Assembly: GCA_024275895.1 (NCBI GenBank)
Contig: JAJRYE010000013.1
Coordinates: 26,211 to 90,210, forward strand
Reading direction: 5' to 3'
DNA: 64,000 bases
From: Alphaproteobacteria bacterium
Lineage (GTDB): Bacteria > Pseudomonadota > Alphaproteobacteria > Rhizobiales > BM303
Below, piece after piece: positions 22,201 through 30,855 of this stretch. Made by a program: the position numbers and the translations under genes. Numbering within the stretch: the first letter of the stretch is position 1; each line of letters starts with the position of its first letter. A model generated the notes under the pieces. The model was not told where the DNA came from and did no database searches. It saw only the letters and a list, made by a program, of their open reading frames with translations.

Positions 22201-23757
22201 TCAGGGCGTAACCATACTTTCCGGTACGGTTTTCTCGCGCTTGACCATCAGCTTGTTGAGCGCGCTCACATAGGCGCGTGCCGATGCCGCCATGGTATCG
22301 GTGTCGGCAGCGCGGCCAGTGACCGTCTTGCCGTTCTCTTCCAGCCGCACACTGACCTCGGCCTGGGCATCGGTGCCTTCGGTTACGGCGCTGACCTGAT
22401 AGAGCGGCAGGCTCGCTTCATGGGGCACAATCGCCTTGATGGCGTTGAACGTAGCGTCAACCGGCCCGTCACCTGTACACTCGCGGGTTTCGTGACGCCC
22501 GTCAACATCCAGCGTTATGGTCGCTTTTTGCGGCCCGCCAGTGCCCGCTATCACGGTCAGGGCGACCATTTTGATCCGGTCGTCAACCGTGGCCACCTCG
22601 CTGTCAACCAGTGCTTCTATATCTTCATCGAACACATTCTTTTTGCGATCCGCCAGCGCCTTGAAGCTGCGAAAGGCATCCTGAAAGGCATTGTCACCCA
22701 GTTCATATCCCATGGATTTGAGTTTTTCACGAAACGCATGACGCCCCGAATGCTTACCCATCACCAGAGACGATTCTTTCAGACCGACAGATTCCGGTGT
22801 CATGATTTCATAGGTCTCGACATTTTTCAGCATGCCGTCCTGATGAATGCCCGATTCATGCGCAAAGGCGTTTTTGCCGACAATCGCCTTGTTGTACTGC
22901 ACCGGAAAGGCGGTCACCGCCGAGACCAGCTTGGAGGCGCGGGTGATCATGGAAGCGTCAATTGTGCTCTCATAGGGCAGCAGATCGTTCCGGGTCCGGA
23001 TCGCCATGACGATTTCCTCCAGCGCCGCATTGCCGGCCCGCTCGCCCAGCCCGTTGATGGTGCACTCAATTTGCCGCGCTCCGGCGCGCACCCCCGCCAG
23101 CGAGTTGGCCACCGCGAGCCCCAGATCATTATGGCAATGGGTGGAAATCACTGCCTTGTCAATATTGGGCACCTTGCCCCGAATCATGGTGATGAGTTCA
23201 AAGAACTCTTCGGGCATGGTGTAACCCACCGTATCGGGCACATTGATGGTGGTTGCCCCGGCCTTGATTGCGGTCTCGATGCAGGCGCATAAAAAATCGT
23301 GCTCGGTGCGGGTGGCATCCTCGGGCGACCATTCCACATCATCGGTATATTTGCGCGCCCGCGCGACGCTGGCGCTCACCGCTTCGCGCACATCATCTGG
23401 CTCCATTTGCAATTTGTGCTTCATATGCACGGGAGATGTGGAAATAAAGGTGTGAATGCGTGGCCGTTTTGCGTATTTCAGCGCCTCTGCTGCCCGGTCG
23501 ATATCCTTGTTGCCGGCCCGCGCCAGACCGCAGACCACAGCCTGTCTGGCGGCTTTCGCCACTTCGCGCACCGCCTCGAAATCGCCATCGGAGGCAATAG
23601 GAAACCCGGCCTCGATGATATCCACCCCCATATCGTCGAGCACTTCCGCCACCTGGATTTTCTCACTCAGGGTCATGGAGGCGCCGGGCGATTGCTCGCC
23701 GTCGCGCAAGGTTGTGTCAAATATGAAAACGTGATCGTTGCTGTCTTGAGACGTCAT
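22201..23757 (-). CDS. leuA: 2-isopropylmalate synthase
   Basis: FIFDTTLRDGEQSPG..., HCHNDLGLAVANSLAG, C-terminal LeuA dimerisation/regulatory domain; 518 aa. Confidence 0.92.
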   Translation of the reverse strand: MTSQDSNDHVFIFDTTLRDGEQSPGASMTLSEKIQVAEVLDDMGVDIIEAGFPIASDGDFEAVREVAKAARQAVVCGLARAGNKDIDRAAEALKYAKRPRIHTFISTSPVHMKHKLQMEPDDVREAVSASVARARKYTDDVEWSPEDATRTEHDFLCACIETAIKAGATTINVPDTVGYTMPEEFFELITMIRGKVPNIDKAVISTHCHNDLGLAVANSLAGVRAGARQIECTINGLGERAGNAALEEIVMAIRTRNDLLPYESTIDASMITRASKLVSAVTAFPVQYNKAIVGKNAFAHESGIHQDGMLKNVETYEIMTPESVGLKESSLVMGKHSGRHAFREKLKSMGYELGDNAFQDAFRSFKALADRKKNVFDEDIEALVDSEVATVDDRIKMVALTVIAGTGGPQKATITLDVDGRHETRECTGDGPVDATFNAIKAIVPHEASLPLYQVSAVTEGTDAQAEVSVRLEENGKTVTGRAADTDTMAASARAYVSALNKLMVKREKTVPESMVTP

Positions 23758-23800
23758 TACTTTTTATCCTTATCCGCTGCCGCTTGACTTGTTACGCGGC

Positions 23801-23832
23801 AAAAATCGTTGATACTTTTTTTGGTATTCAAC
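23801..23832 (-). terminator. Candidate attenuator hairpin in the leuA leader
   Basis: Minus-strand RNA GUUGAAUAC-CAAAAAAAA-GUAUCAAC followed by GAUUUUUG. AU-rich stem with one bulge. Lies between the Leu-rich leader ORF and the leuA ATG. Confidence 0.35.
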
Positions 23833-23878
23833 TCCCCTGAACAAGCGGCCTCTTGAACAATCAAGGGCCAGCCTCTGC

Positions 23879-23971
23879 TCAGGGGCTGATAAGGAGCAGG
23901 TCGAGCGCACAGGCCGCCAGCAGCAATTCGCCGCCCGCATTCAAATCCGCATATGTCGCTCTCGTGTTCAT
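23879..23971 (-). promoter_or_regulatory. Candidate leucine leader peptide ORF (30 codons, 8 Leu incl. two LLL runs)
   Basis: Own translation: ATG 23971 gives MNTRATYADLNAGGELLLAACALDLLLISP-TGA. AAGG Shine-Dalgarno-like sequence upstream. The stop lies inside a stem (CCCCTGA...TCAGGGG on the + strand). Confidence 0.5.
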
Positions 23972-24177
23972 GTCTCGCCTTATACGCCGCTCCTTCGATT
24001 TGAGCAAGTCTGATTTACGGACTACATGGTTAACTCTTTGTTACCCGGCCTTGTTGCCCGGAAATAATCGGGTGGAATAATCAGGCAAGGCTCCGATATG
24101 TCACATTCTTTTATTGCTGAAAATTTGGTAGAATGAGCCCTGAGGGGCGTTTGGCTGTATCAGAAAGGAGACGGGCC

Positions 24178-24531
24178 ATGTTGAGCACTCACACAAAGCT
24201 TGTAGTTCTGTTCGGATTTATTGCCGCTTTATCTCCCCTCACCATCTCAGCACCCCATTCGGGAGACGCCTTGTCGGTGTCTGCCGTGCTGGCAAATGAT
24301 GACGGGGGAGGCAATCTTGAAAATTTCTGGAGGGAACGGCGCGTCAAGGCCGGAAATCCCCATGGAAAGCAGGTAAGATTCCTGCCGAGAGGAGGGCGCA
24401 GGATAAGATCCTCCGCATATGAGGTGAAGGATGCGATCGAATTCGCCTACGGCAAGCTCGGTGGATATGTCGTTTGTGCCGGGCGGGCGCGCCGCTGGAT
24501 ATGCACACGCGGTAATAGTAGCATGAAATAA
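24178..24531 (+). CDS. Hypothetical small secreted protein
   Basis: Strong SD (AAAGGAGA, 6 nt before ATG 24178) and signal-like MLSTHTKLVVLFGFIAALSPLTISA. No family recognised. Confidence 0.5.
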   Translation: MLSTHTKLVVLFGFIAALSPLTISAPHSGDALSVSAVLANDDGGGNLENFWRERRVKAGNPHGKQVRFLPRGGRRIRSSAYEVKDAIEFAYGKLGGYVVCAGRARRWICTRGNSSMK

Positions 24532-24602
24532 CAGCGCATCAGTTGAGAGCGTAAAGTGCGGTCTGGGGCAGTGCCGGTCCGCCAGAGGCGCAGCGGGGTT
24601 TT

Positions 24603-25511
24603 TCAGATATCGAACGCCCCCTCGCTCACGAACACCGCATGGCCGCCGATGCGGGCGGCGTGCATTGCGCCTCCTTTGATCTCTATCTCGACATTGATCA
24701 GGCTGGGGCGGCCCATCTCGTAGCCCTGCTCGATATGAAACCGGTGTGTGCCGTCATGCAGTCCGTCGAAATGCTGGATGACGCCCGAGAACGCCGCCGC
24801 TGCCGAGCCTGTTGCCGGGTCTTCCAGCACACCGATGCCGGGCGCGAACATCCGGCCGTGAAAATGATGCCCCTGATGCACGCTTTCGCGGCAATAGACA
24901 AAAACTTCAGCGCTGTAGCCCCTGAAGCAGTCCTTCCACACTGCCAGATTGACCTTTGCCCTGGCAACCGTTTCAAGATCGCGCACCGGCACGAATACAA
25001 ACGCAATTCCCGCCGACCACATCGAGGGTTTGTGGTTTTCAAAGCCGATTTCCCCATGGGTCAGCTCAAGCGCGGTGCAAAGCCGGTCCGGATTTGGCGC
25101 TTCCCCGAGATTTTGCGCCAGTTTGGGAAGGTCAAACTCGGCAAACGGCGCCTTGCCGGGGCGAAACCTGACCCCGGTACGCACCGGGCCAATGCCTTCC
25201 TCAAGCATGATGATGGCGTCCTGCTGCGATGCCTGATCGCCGATCTTGCGTGAGGCCAGCAATACCCCGGTGCCTACGGTAGGATGCCCGGCAAAGGGCA
25301 GCTCCGCGCCGGGGGTGAATATGCGAATCCGGGCTGAATGGGCCGGGTTTTCGGGTGGAAGCACAAATACCGTTTCCGACAGATTGAACTCGCGCGCAAC
25401 CGCCTGCATCTGCGCCTTGTCAAGCCCGCCCGCATCCAGAACCACAGCCAGTTGATTGCCGCTCAGTTTTTGATCCGTAAAAACATCAAGGGTCGCAAAT
25501 CGGCGTTTCAT
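24603..25511 (-). CDS. PhzF-family isomerase
   Basis: MKRRFATLDVFTDQKLSGNQLAVV...LSETVFV...FTPG.ELPFAGHPTVG...EDPATGSAA, the typical PhzF pattern. Confidence 0.85.
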   Translation of the reverse strand: MKRRFATLDVFTDQKLSGNQLAVVLDAGGLDKAQMQAVAREFNLSETVFVLPPENPAHSARIRIFTPGAELPFAGHPTVGTGVLLASRKIGDQASQQDAIIMLEEGIGPVRTGVRFRPGKAPFAEFDLPKLAQNLGEAPNPDRLCTALELTHGEIGFENHKPSMWSAGIAFVFVPVRDLETVARAKVNLAVWKDCFRGYSAEVFVYCRESVHQGHHFHGRMFAPGIGVLEDPATGSAAAAFSGVIQHFDGLHDGTHRFHIEQGYEMGRPSLINVEIEIKGGAMHAARIGGHAVFVSEGAFDI

Positions 25512-25581
25512 CAGTAGTGATCTCCGGAAAATGAAAATTTTGATTCCCTCGGGGAGAAGAATTGCATAAAAGGGGCTTCAA

Positions 25582-26727
25582 ATGAAACGCTCAATTCTCC
25601 TCTCCCTCGCCCTTGTCGGCCTCGGCGTCCTCCTCACCGGCGGATTCATTGCCGTTGTCGAGCGCACCAACACTCTCGGATTCTGTATCTCCTGCCACGA
25701 GATGAAGAGCACCGTCTATGAGGAATACCGCCGAACGGCGCATTATTCCAACGGCTCCGGCGTTCAAGCGATTTGCTCCGATTGCCATGTGCCAAAAGCC
25801 TGGGGGCCGAAGCTGGCGGCCAAGATCAAGGCTTCGAGAGATGTCTGGCACTGGCTTCTGGGCACCATAGACACAAAGGAGAAATTCGAGGCCCGCCGCC
25901 TCGAAATGGCGAAAAGGGTGTGGAGTTTCCTTGAAAAAACCGATTCTGCCACCTGCCGCTCCTGCCATGATTTCGAGCGCGTAAACTGGGACGATCAGGC
26001 CCGCTTCGCCGCCCGCATTCACAAAACCGCCATCAAAGAAAAAAAAACCTGTATCGACTGTCACAAAGGCGTTGCCCACACCCTGCCCAAAGAAGAAAAA
26101 CCGGCCGCTACACAAGACACGGCCGATCTTGACTTGGAATATGCCGACGAGATCAACATGACCTGCATCCCCTGCCACGGTGAGTTTGGCCAGGGCAAGT
26201 CAGACGGCACCTATCCGCGCCTTGCCGGCCTTTCGGCCGCATATATCACCCGCCAGTTCAGGATGTTCAAATCAAAAGAACGCCTCAATATCCCCATGTT
26301 TCCCTTTGCCAAGGAACGCGAAATGCCGGACGAGGATGTCCGCGTCATCTCGGCCTATTTTGCAGGCATCAAGCTCGCCTCGAAACTTCCCCCCGTGGAC
26401 GAGAAAAAATTCGATGCGCTGAACCGCCTGAAAAGCGCAACGCAGGTCCTCAATGTCGCCCGCTATCCCGGCAACATCATCGCCGGCGGGCGCCTCTACG
26501 CTCGCGAATGCGCCGGCTGCCATGGCAAAAAGGGCGAGGGCAACAAGGAACGGATTATCCCGTTCCTCACCGGTCAGCACAGCAATTATCTCAAACGCCA
26601 GATCAGAAAATTCAGCCTCGGCAAACGCATCCATGACAGCCCCGGGGACGCGGCCATTTTCCAGAGCTTCAGCGCCGGGGAAATCGACAATATTCTGGCC
26701 TGGCTGTCGGTTCAGGATGACGAATAA
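25582..26727 (+). CDS. Membrane-anchored c-type cytochrome with six CXXCH motifs: NapC/NirT-type tetrahaem module fused to a dihaem cytochrome c4-like module
   Basis: N-terminal TM. Six CXXCH motifs: CISCH, CSDCH, CRSCH, CIDCH (NapC/NirT spacing), then CIPCHG...YPRLAGL...Y...QF and CAGCHG...P.LTGQHSNYLKRQI (class I/c4-like). Confidence 0.85.
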   Translation: MKRSILLSLALVGLGVLLTGGFIAVVERTNTLGFCISCHEMKSTVYEEYRRTAHYSNGSGVQAICSDCHVPKAWGPKLAAKIKASRDVWHWLLGTIDTKEKFEARRLEMAKRVWSFLEKTDSATCRSCHDFERVNWDDQARFAARIHKTAIKEKKTCIDCHKGVAHTLPKEEKPAATQDTADLDLEYADEINMTCIPCHGEFGQGKSDGTYPRLAGLSAAYITRQFRMFKSKERLNIPMFPFAKEREMPDEDVRVISAYFAGIKLASKLPPVDEKKFDALNRLKSATQVLNVARYPGNIIAGGRLYARECAGCHGKKGEGNKERIIPFLTGQHSNYLKRQIRKFSLGKRIHDSPGDAAIFQSFSAGEIDNILAWLSVQDDE

Positions 26728-26729
26728 GA

Positions 26730-26763
26730 CAGCGCCAATCCAAAATCATCCGGATTGGCGCTG
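26730..26763. terminator. Hairpin between convergent cytochrome and sqr genes
   Basis: CAGCGCCAATCC-loop-GGATTGGCGCTG, a 12-bp perfect stem. No clear U-tract on the + strand and only a modest T-rich tail on the - strand. Confidence 0.4.
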
Positions 26764-26790
26764 CTGAACCAGATTATCAAAACCTTGCGC

Positions 26791-28062
26791 TTATTTTTTG
26801 ATTTTGGTGATCTTCAACATGCTCATAATGGCTTTTTCATAGAAGGGTTCGCTGACACCCTTGCGGATTTTGCGCAGGAAGTACCACTCAAAAGCCAGTT
26901 TGCCCCAATGCACCCAGCGCCCTTTCGCCGACCATGTGAAGTTGCGCGGCGGGTTTTGCGGCATGGCGAGGAAGGTCACGCCCCGGTCGCCAAAATCGGC
27001 TAGGCAGAACGCGTTCCATGTCGGCATGTGCCTGGGCTCCTTGCCCGCCACCACCAGAGGCATGTTTTGGGCGGTTGCCGTGACCATGGACTCGATCATG
27101 AAGCCGGTTTTGGGCACCCCGGTGGGCACCGGCGTCGCCACCGGCGGCGCAATGGCGATGCACACGCCGATTGCAAAGATATTGTTGTATTTGGGGTTGC
27201 GCTGGAACTCGTCGGTAATGACAAAGCCACGCGGATTGACCAGCCCGTCAATCCCCATAAGCGCCGGAATACCGCGAAAAGCAGGCAGCATCATGGCGTA
27301 TTTAAACGCTTCTTCGTGTTTTTTCTTCTCCGCGCCGTCTTCATCGACCTCGGTGAAGAACACCTTGTCCTGTTCAAATTTGTCAACCTTGGCATTCACC
27401 ACCCATTTGATATCGCGGTCGCGCATGATGGATTCGAGCATGCCCTTGGTGTCGCCCACGCCGCCAAGGCCAAGATGGCCGATAAAGGGCTCGGAGGAGA
27501 CAAAGGTCATCGGCACCTTGTGGCGGATTTTGCGCCGGCGCAGATCGGTGTCGAGGATCATGGCATATTCATAGGCGGGGCCAAAACACGACGCGCCTTG
27601 CACCGCGCCGACAATGATCGGCCCCGGATCAGCGCAGAATTTGTCCCAGGCATCGCTGGAGACCACGGCATGTTCGACCGAGCACACCGAATTTGTAAAC
27701 GCCTCGGGGCCAAACCCTTCGATTTCATCAAAGGCAAGCTCGGGGCCGGTGGCGATCACCAGATAATCATAATCAACCGTCTTGCCACTTTCCAGTTCAA
27801 TCCGATTTTCTTCCGGGATCAGCTTTTTGGCGCTGTCGTGGATAAAATCGATACCGCGCTTTTTCATCGGCGGCGCCAGCTCGACCGTGATCTCATCCTG
27901 CTTGCGCCAGCCAACACCGGCCCAGGGATTGGACGGGGTAAACTGGAAATAGGATTTGTTCGAAATTGATGTGACCTTATGCTCACTCCCAAGTGATTCA
28001 CGCAGCTCAAACGCCTGGATGGAACCACCCAGCCCGGCTCCCAGAACAACGATATGCGCCAT
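26791..28062 (-). CDS. sqr: Sulfide:quinone oxidoreductase, type I
   Basis: From ATG 28062: MAHIVVLGAGLGGS...YFQFTPSNPWAGVGW...YDYLVIATGP...GASCFGPAYEYAMIL...GVPKTGFMIESM...GRWVHWGKLAFEWYFLRKIRKGVSEPFYEK. Colinear with my recollection of the Acidithiobacillus/Rhodobacter type I SQR. Confidence 0.9.
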   Translation of the reverse strand: MAHIVVLGAGLGGSIQAFELRESLGSEHKVTSISNKSYFQFTPSNPWAGVGWRKQDEITVELAPPMKKRGIDFIHDSAKKLIPEENRIELESGKTVDYDYLVIATGPELAFDEIEGFGPEAFTNSVCSVEHAVVSSDAWDKFCADPGPIIVGAVQGASCFGPAYEYAMILDTDLRRRKIRHKVPMTFVSSEPFIGHLGLGGVGDTKGMLESIMRDRDIKWVVNAKVDKFEQDKVFFTEVDEDGAEKKKHEEAFKYAMMLPAFRGIPALMGIDGLVNPRGFVITDEFQRNPKYNNIFAIGVCIAIAPPVATPVPTGVPKTGFMIESMVTATAQNMPLVVAGKEPRHMPTWNAFCLADFGDRGVTFLAMPQNPPRNFTWSAKGRWVHWGKLAFEWYFLRKIRKGVSEPFYEKAIMSMLKITKIKK

Positions 28063-28351
28063 TTTATTCCTCCCGTTTTTTCCGGTCCCCAACGCGATGG
28101 AACCGGTTCAATCACCACAAAGCCAAACCGGCAAAGCATGACAATTTGCCGCAAGCGCCCTCATTGCATGGTGACCAGACTATGTTAAAAAGAGATAATC
28201 GGGGGCATATTACACCCCGCCCCCTGAAAGTCCAAACATTTTGTGTTGTTTATAGCGTGTCTTGTTTTACCGGCCCCGGCGCCGGCTGGTCACGGCAGGG
28301 TGTATTGACGCTTTTAGCAATGAGTTGCCGTTGATATCGGGGCAAAACTGC

Positions 28352-29824
28352 TCAGTAATTCGCCGCCAGCATGCCAACCCCGTCGCGGCCATAAAGATCG
28401 CGGCGGAACTGCACCGTGCCGTCGGGCAGCGACCATGCGGTGATATAGGTCCAGTAGAGCGGGATGGATTTTGTCAGATTGACATTCTTGCTCTCGCCCA
28501 TGCGGATGGTTTCATCAATGCGCGAGGGAGCCCAGCCTTTTTCCTTTTGCAGCATCCAGCCTATCAGGTCCTGAACATTCTGGATGCGGACGCAACCGGA
28601 AGAGTAAGCCCTGTAACCATGGCTGAACAGGCCCTTGGTGGGGGTATCATGCATATAGACCGCATGTTTGTTAGGGAAATTGATGCGGACAAAGCCAAGG
28701 GCGTTGGAGGGGCCGGGGTCCTGACGGAACTTGAACTCGGCCGCCGCCGGGTCATTCCAGTCAACCGTGGCCGGATCCACCTCTTCCCCGCCCCAGCTCT
28801 TGAGGATGCGCAGATTGGTCCGGGTGAGATAGCCGGGGTCTTTCTTCAGTTTGGGAATAAGGTCCTTGCGCACGATGCTCTCGGGCACATGCCAGTAGGG
28901 GTAAAAATTAAGCTGCACGATGCGGCTGCTGACCAGAGGTGACTGACGGTCGGTCTTGCCCACCACCGTGCGGTGGCGAGAGCGTACCGAGCCAAAATCA
29001 ACCGCTTCAAGTTCGGCCGCAGCCAGATTGACCATTACGAATTTCTTGCCGATGCCTTCAACCATTTTTGAAATCCGGGCAAGATTGAGCTTGAGCTGGG
29101 CCAGGCGCGCCGAGGCGGAGACATTGAGCGCCTTTAAGGTGCGTTCATTGACGGTGCCGGTCTGAAGCAATCCGTTGCGTTTTTGATAATGCTGCACGGC
29201 CTGGCCGACATAGGCGTCATAGGAACGCTGCCTGCCCTTTTGCTGGCGCAGATCACCGGTGATGCTCAGGCGCTGGCGAAGAAGGATAACGCGCGGGCTG
29301 CTGGTGCCGACACGCATGGTCGGACCGCCAGGTATCTTTTTCCACCCGCCGCGGCTGACGATATATTCATAACGGGCGATGGAGGCCTGCATAGCCTCAA
29401 TCGTGGCCTTGGAGAATACCGGGGTGCGGCTGCCGATGCGGCTGCGGGAAAGACGGCCAAAGGCCGGCAACTGCCCTGCCCCGGTCCCGGTCCGGGCGCC
29501 GGCATTTCCGGCCGATGAGGCGGGATTGCGGCGAGCTCTTGCGGTTGTGGTGTCAAAACTGTCATCCCACTCAACCTCCGCGCCGGTAAATCTGGGCGCC
29601 AGATAGCGGGTGGACTGGTATCTGGATGTTTTTTGAACCACCCGCTTGCGCTGATAGGAGGTTCGGTGGCGCTTGACAACGCCGTTGGCGGCAGGCGCGA
29701 ACCAGACGGAACCGGCCGAATTCTGCGCTGCGCCGGCATCAAGCGGCGGCGCCAGAAAGGCCATTGCCAGTCCACCGGCCAAGGCAAATGATAATCGGGT
29801 CAATTCCGCTTTGTTCCTGGACAT
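28352..29824 (-). CDS. Murein L,D-transpeptidase (YcbB/LdtD-like: PG-binding plus YkuD domains)
   Basis: Start chosen at ATG 29824 (MSRNKAELTRLSFALAGGLAMAFLAPP, signal-like). PG_binding_1-like segment (...AVQHYQKRNGLLQTGTVNERTLKALN). YkuD motif ...MHDTP...FS...RAYSSGCVRI. Confidence 0.85.
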   Translation of the reverse strand: MSRNKAELTRLSFALAGGLAMAFLAPPLDAGAAQNSAGSVWFAPAANGVVKRHRTSYQRKRVVQKTSRYQSTRYLAPRFTGAEVEWDDSFDTTTARARRNPASSAGNAGARTGTGAGQLPAFGRLSRSRIGSRTPVFSKATIEAMQASIARYEYIVSRGGWKKIPGGPTMRVGTSSPRVILLRQRLSITGDLRQQKGRQRSYDAYVGQAVQHYQKRNGLLQTGTVNERTLKALNVSASARLAQLKLNLARISKMVEGIGKKFVMVNLAAAELEAVDFGSVRSRHRTVVGKTDRQSPLVSSRIVQLNFYPYWHVPESIVRKDLIPKLKKDPGYLTRTNLRILKSWGGEEVDPATVDWNDPAAAEFKFRQDPGPSNALGFVRINFPNKHAVYMHDTPTKGLFSHGYRAYSSGCVRIQNVQDLIGWMLQKEKGWAPSRIDETIRMGESKNVNLTKSIPLYWTYITAWSLPDGTVQFRRDLYGRDGVGMLAANY

Positions 29825-29984
29825 GCTCTGCCGCGCCTTTTTGCTCAAAACAGCGGATACGTTCGCCACGCTCCGCAACTCAAGAAAAACCTGTCCACTT
29901 TGCGTGTGTTTGTCAAACGAAAGGCCCCGCTCCAAGTGTCACGTTAACCATAAGCAATAAACGGCAGATTAACAAGCGCTAGCT

Positions 29985-30236
29985 GGAGTGCTTCCAGGGC
30001 AATCGCATAATATTCTGGAGGCCCTAATAACGGTGCATTTCGATCTTCACTCAAAATATCACTATGTATTCATATAGATACAGCAAATCGAATTCGTCAT
30101 TCCTGCGAAGGCAGGAATCCGGTAAAAGCTGTCCACAAGCTGAAAACCCGTTCTGGATTCCCGCCTTCGCAGGAATGACGTCCGAAAACTAAGGAAATAC
30201 GCGGTTTCTTTCATGCGATTGCCCTGGAGGTGCTGT
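29985..30236. repeat. Nested palindromic, MITE/REP-like element
   Basis: Outer 16-bp perfect inverted repeat TCCAGGGCAATCGCAT (29993-30008) / ATGCGATTGCCCTGGA (30213-30228). Inner 26-bp inverted repeat CGTCATTCCTGCGAAGGCAGGAATCC (30095-30120) / GGATTCCCGCCTTCGCAGGAATGACG (30155-30180), one mismatch; each arm is itself a hairpin. Confidence 0.55.
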
Positions 30237-30272
30237 TTAATCGTGAGAGACTCTGGAGCATCATTATGGCCA

Positions 30273-30300
30273 TAAAAAAGAGCGGCATGAAAGCCGCTCT
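30273..30300 (-). terminator. Rho-independent terminator of the MarR-family gene
   Basis: Minus strand: AGAGCGGC-UUUCAU-GCCGCUCU followed by UUUUUUA, about 50 nt after the stop at 30349. Confidence 0.65.
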
Positions 30301-30348
30301 GGTAAGTTGCAAGCTCCGCTCTTGAAGGCGGTTTTTTCCGCGCCGCCT

Positions 30349-30855
30349 TTACAGACGGTAGCGGATCTGGTCGGTCCAGAAACGCTCAAGTTTCTTTAAC
30401 GCACCATTCAGGGCGGAAAAATCACTCACGCCCAGTCCGCCGACCTGCTCGATGGAATGCAAGTGCCGATCATAAAGCGCATCAATGCTGTTACGCACCT
30501 CAATGCCTTTATTCGTCAGGCTGACCCGCACCGAGCGGCGGTCCGCCGCCGAGCGCTTGTGATGGATATAGCCTGAATCGACAAGTTTTTTCAGATTATA
30601 GGAAACATTGGAGCCCAGATAATGACCGCGGCTGCGCAACTCGCCCGCCGTAAGCTCGGAATCACCGATATTATACAGCAAAAGCGCCTGTACAGCGTTG
30701 ATATCGACACGCCCCATCCGCTCGAACTCATCCTTGATGACATCGAGCAAATGCCGATGCAACCGTTCTATCAGGATCAAAGAATCGAGATAGGCCGATT
30801 TGGCGTCGGGCGTTTCGTCTCCTGTAATACCAACAGTTGAATAAGCTGTCGTCAT
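30349..30855 (-). CDS. MarR-family winged-helix regulator (LdtR-like by context)
   Basis: 168 aa with wHTH segment ...LTAGELRSRGHYLGSNVSYNLKKLVDSGYIHHKRSAADRRSVRVSLTNKG... Lies upstream and co-directional with an L,D-transpeptidase, as described for LdtR/LdtP in Liberibacter and Sinorhizobium (recollection). Confidence 0.8.
   Translation of the reverse strand: MTTAYSTVGITGDETPDAKSAYLDSLILIERLHRHLLDVIKDEFERMGRVDINAVQALLLYNIGDSELTAGELRSRGHYLGSNVSYNLKKLVDSGYIHHKRSAADRRSVRVSLTNKGIEVRNSIDALYDRHLHSIEQVGGLGVSDFSALNGALKKLERFWTDQIRYRL

Noticed and set aside
22069-23292. 407-aa + strand ORF
   Set aside because: Entirely antisense to leuA, whose translation carries unmistakable IPMS motifs. Arg/Gly/His-rich composition typical of GC-rich antisense frames.
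27028-27969. 313-aa + strand ORF (and 26861..27574)
   Set aside because: Antisense to sqr, which is colinear with known type I SQR over its whole length.
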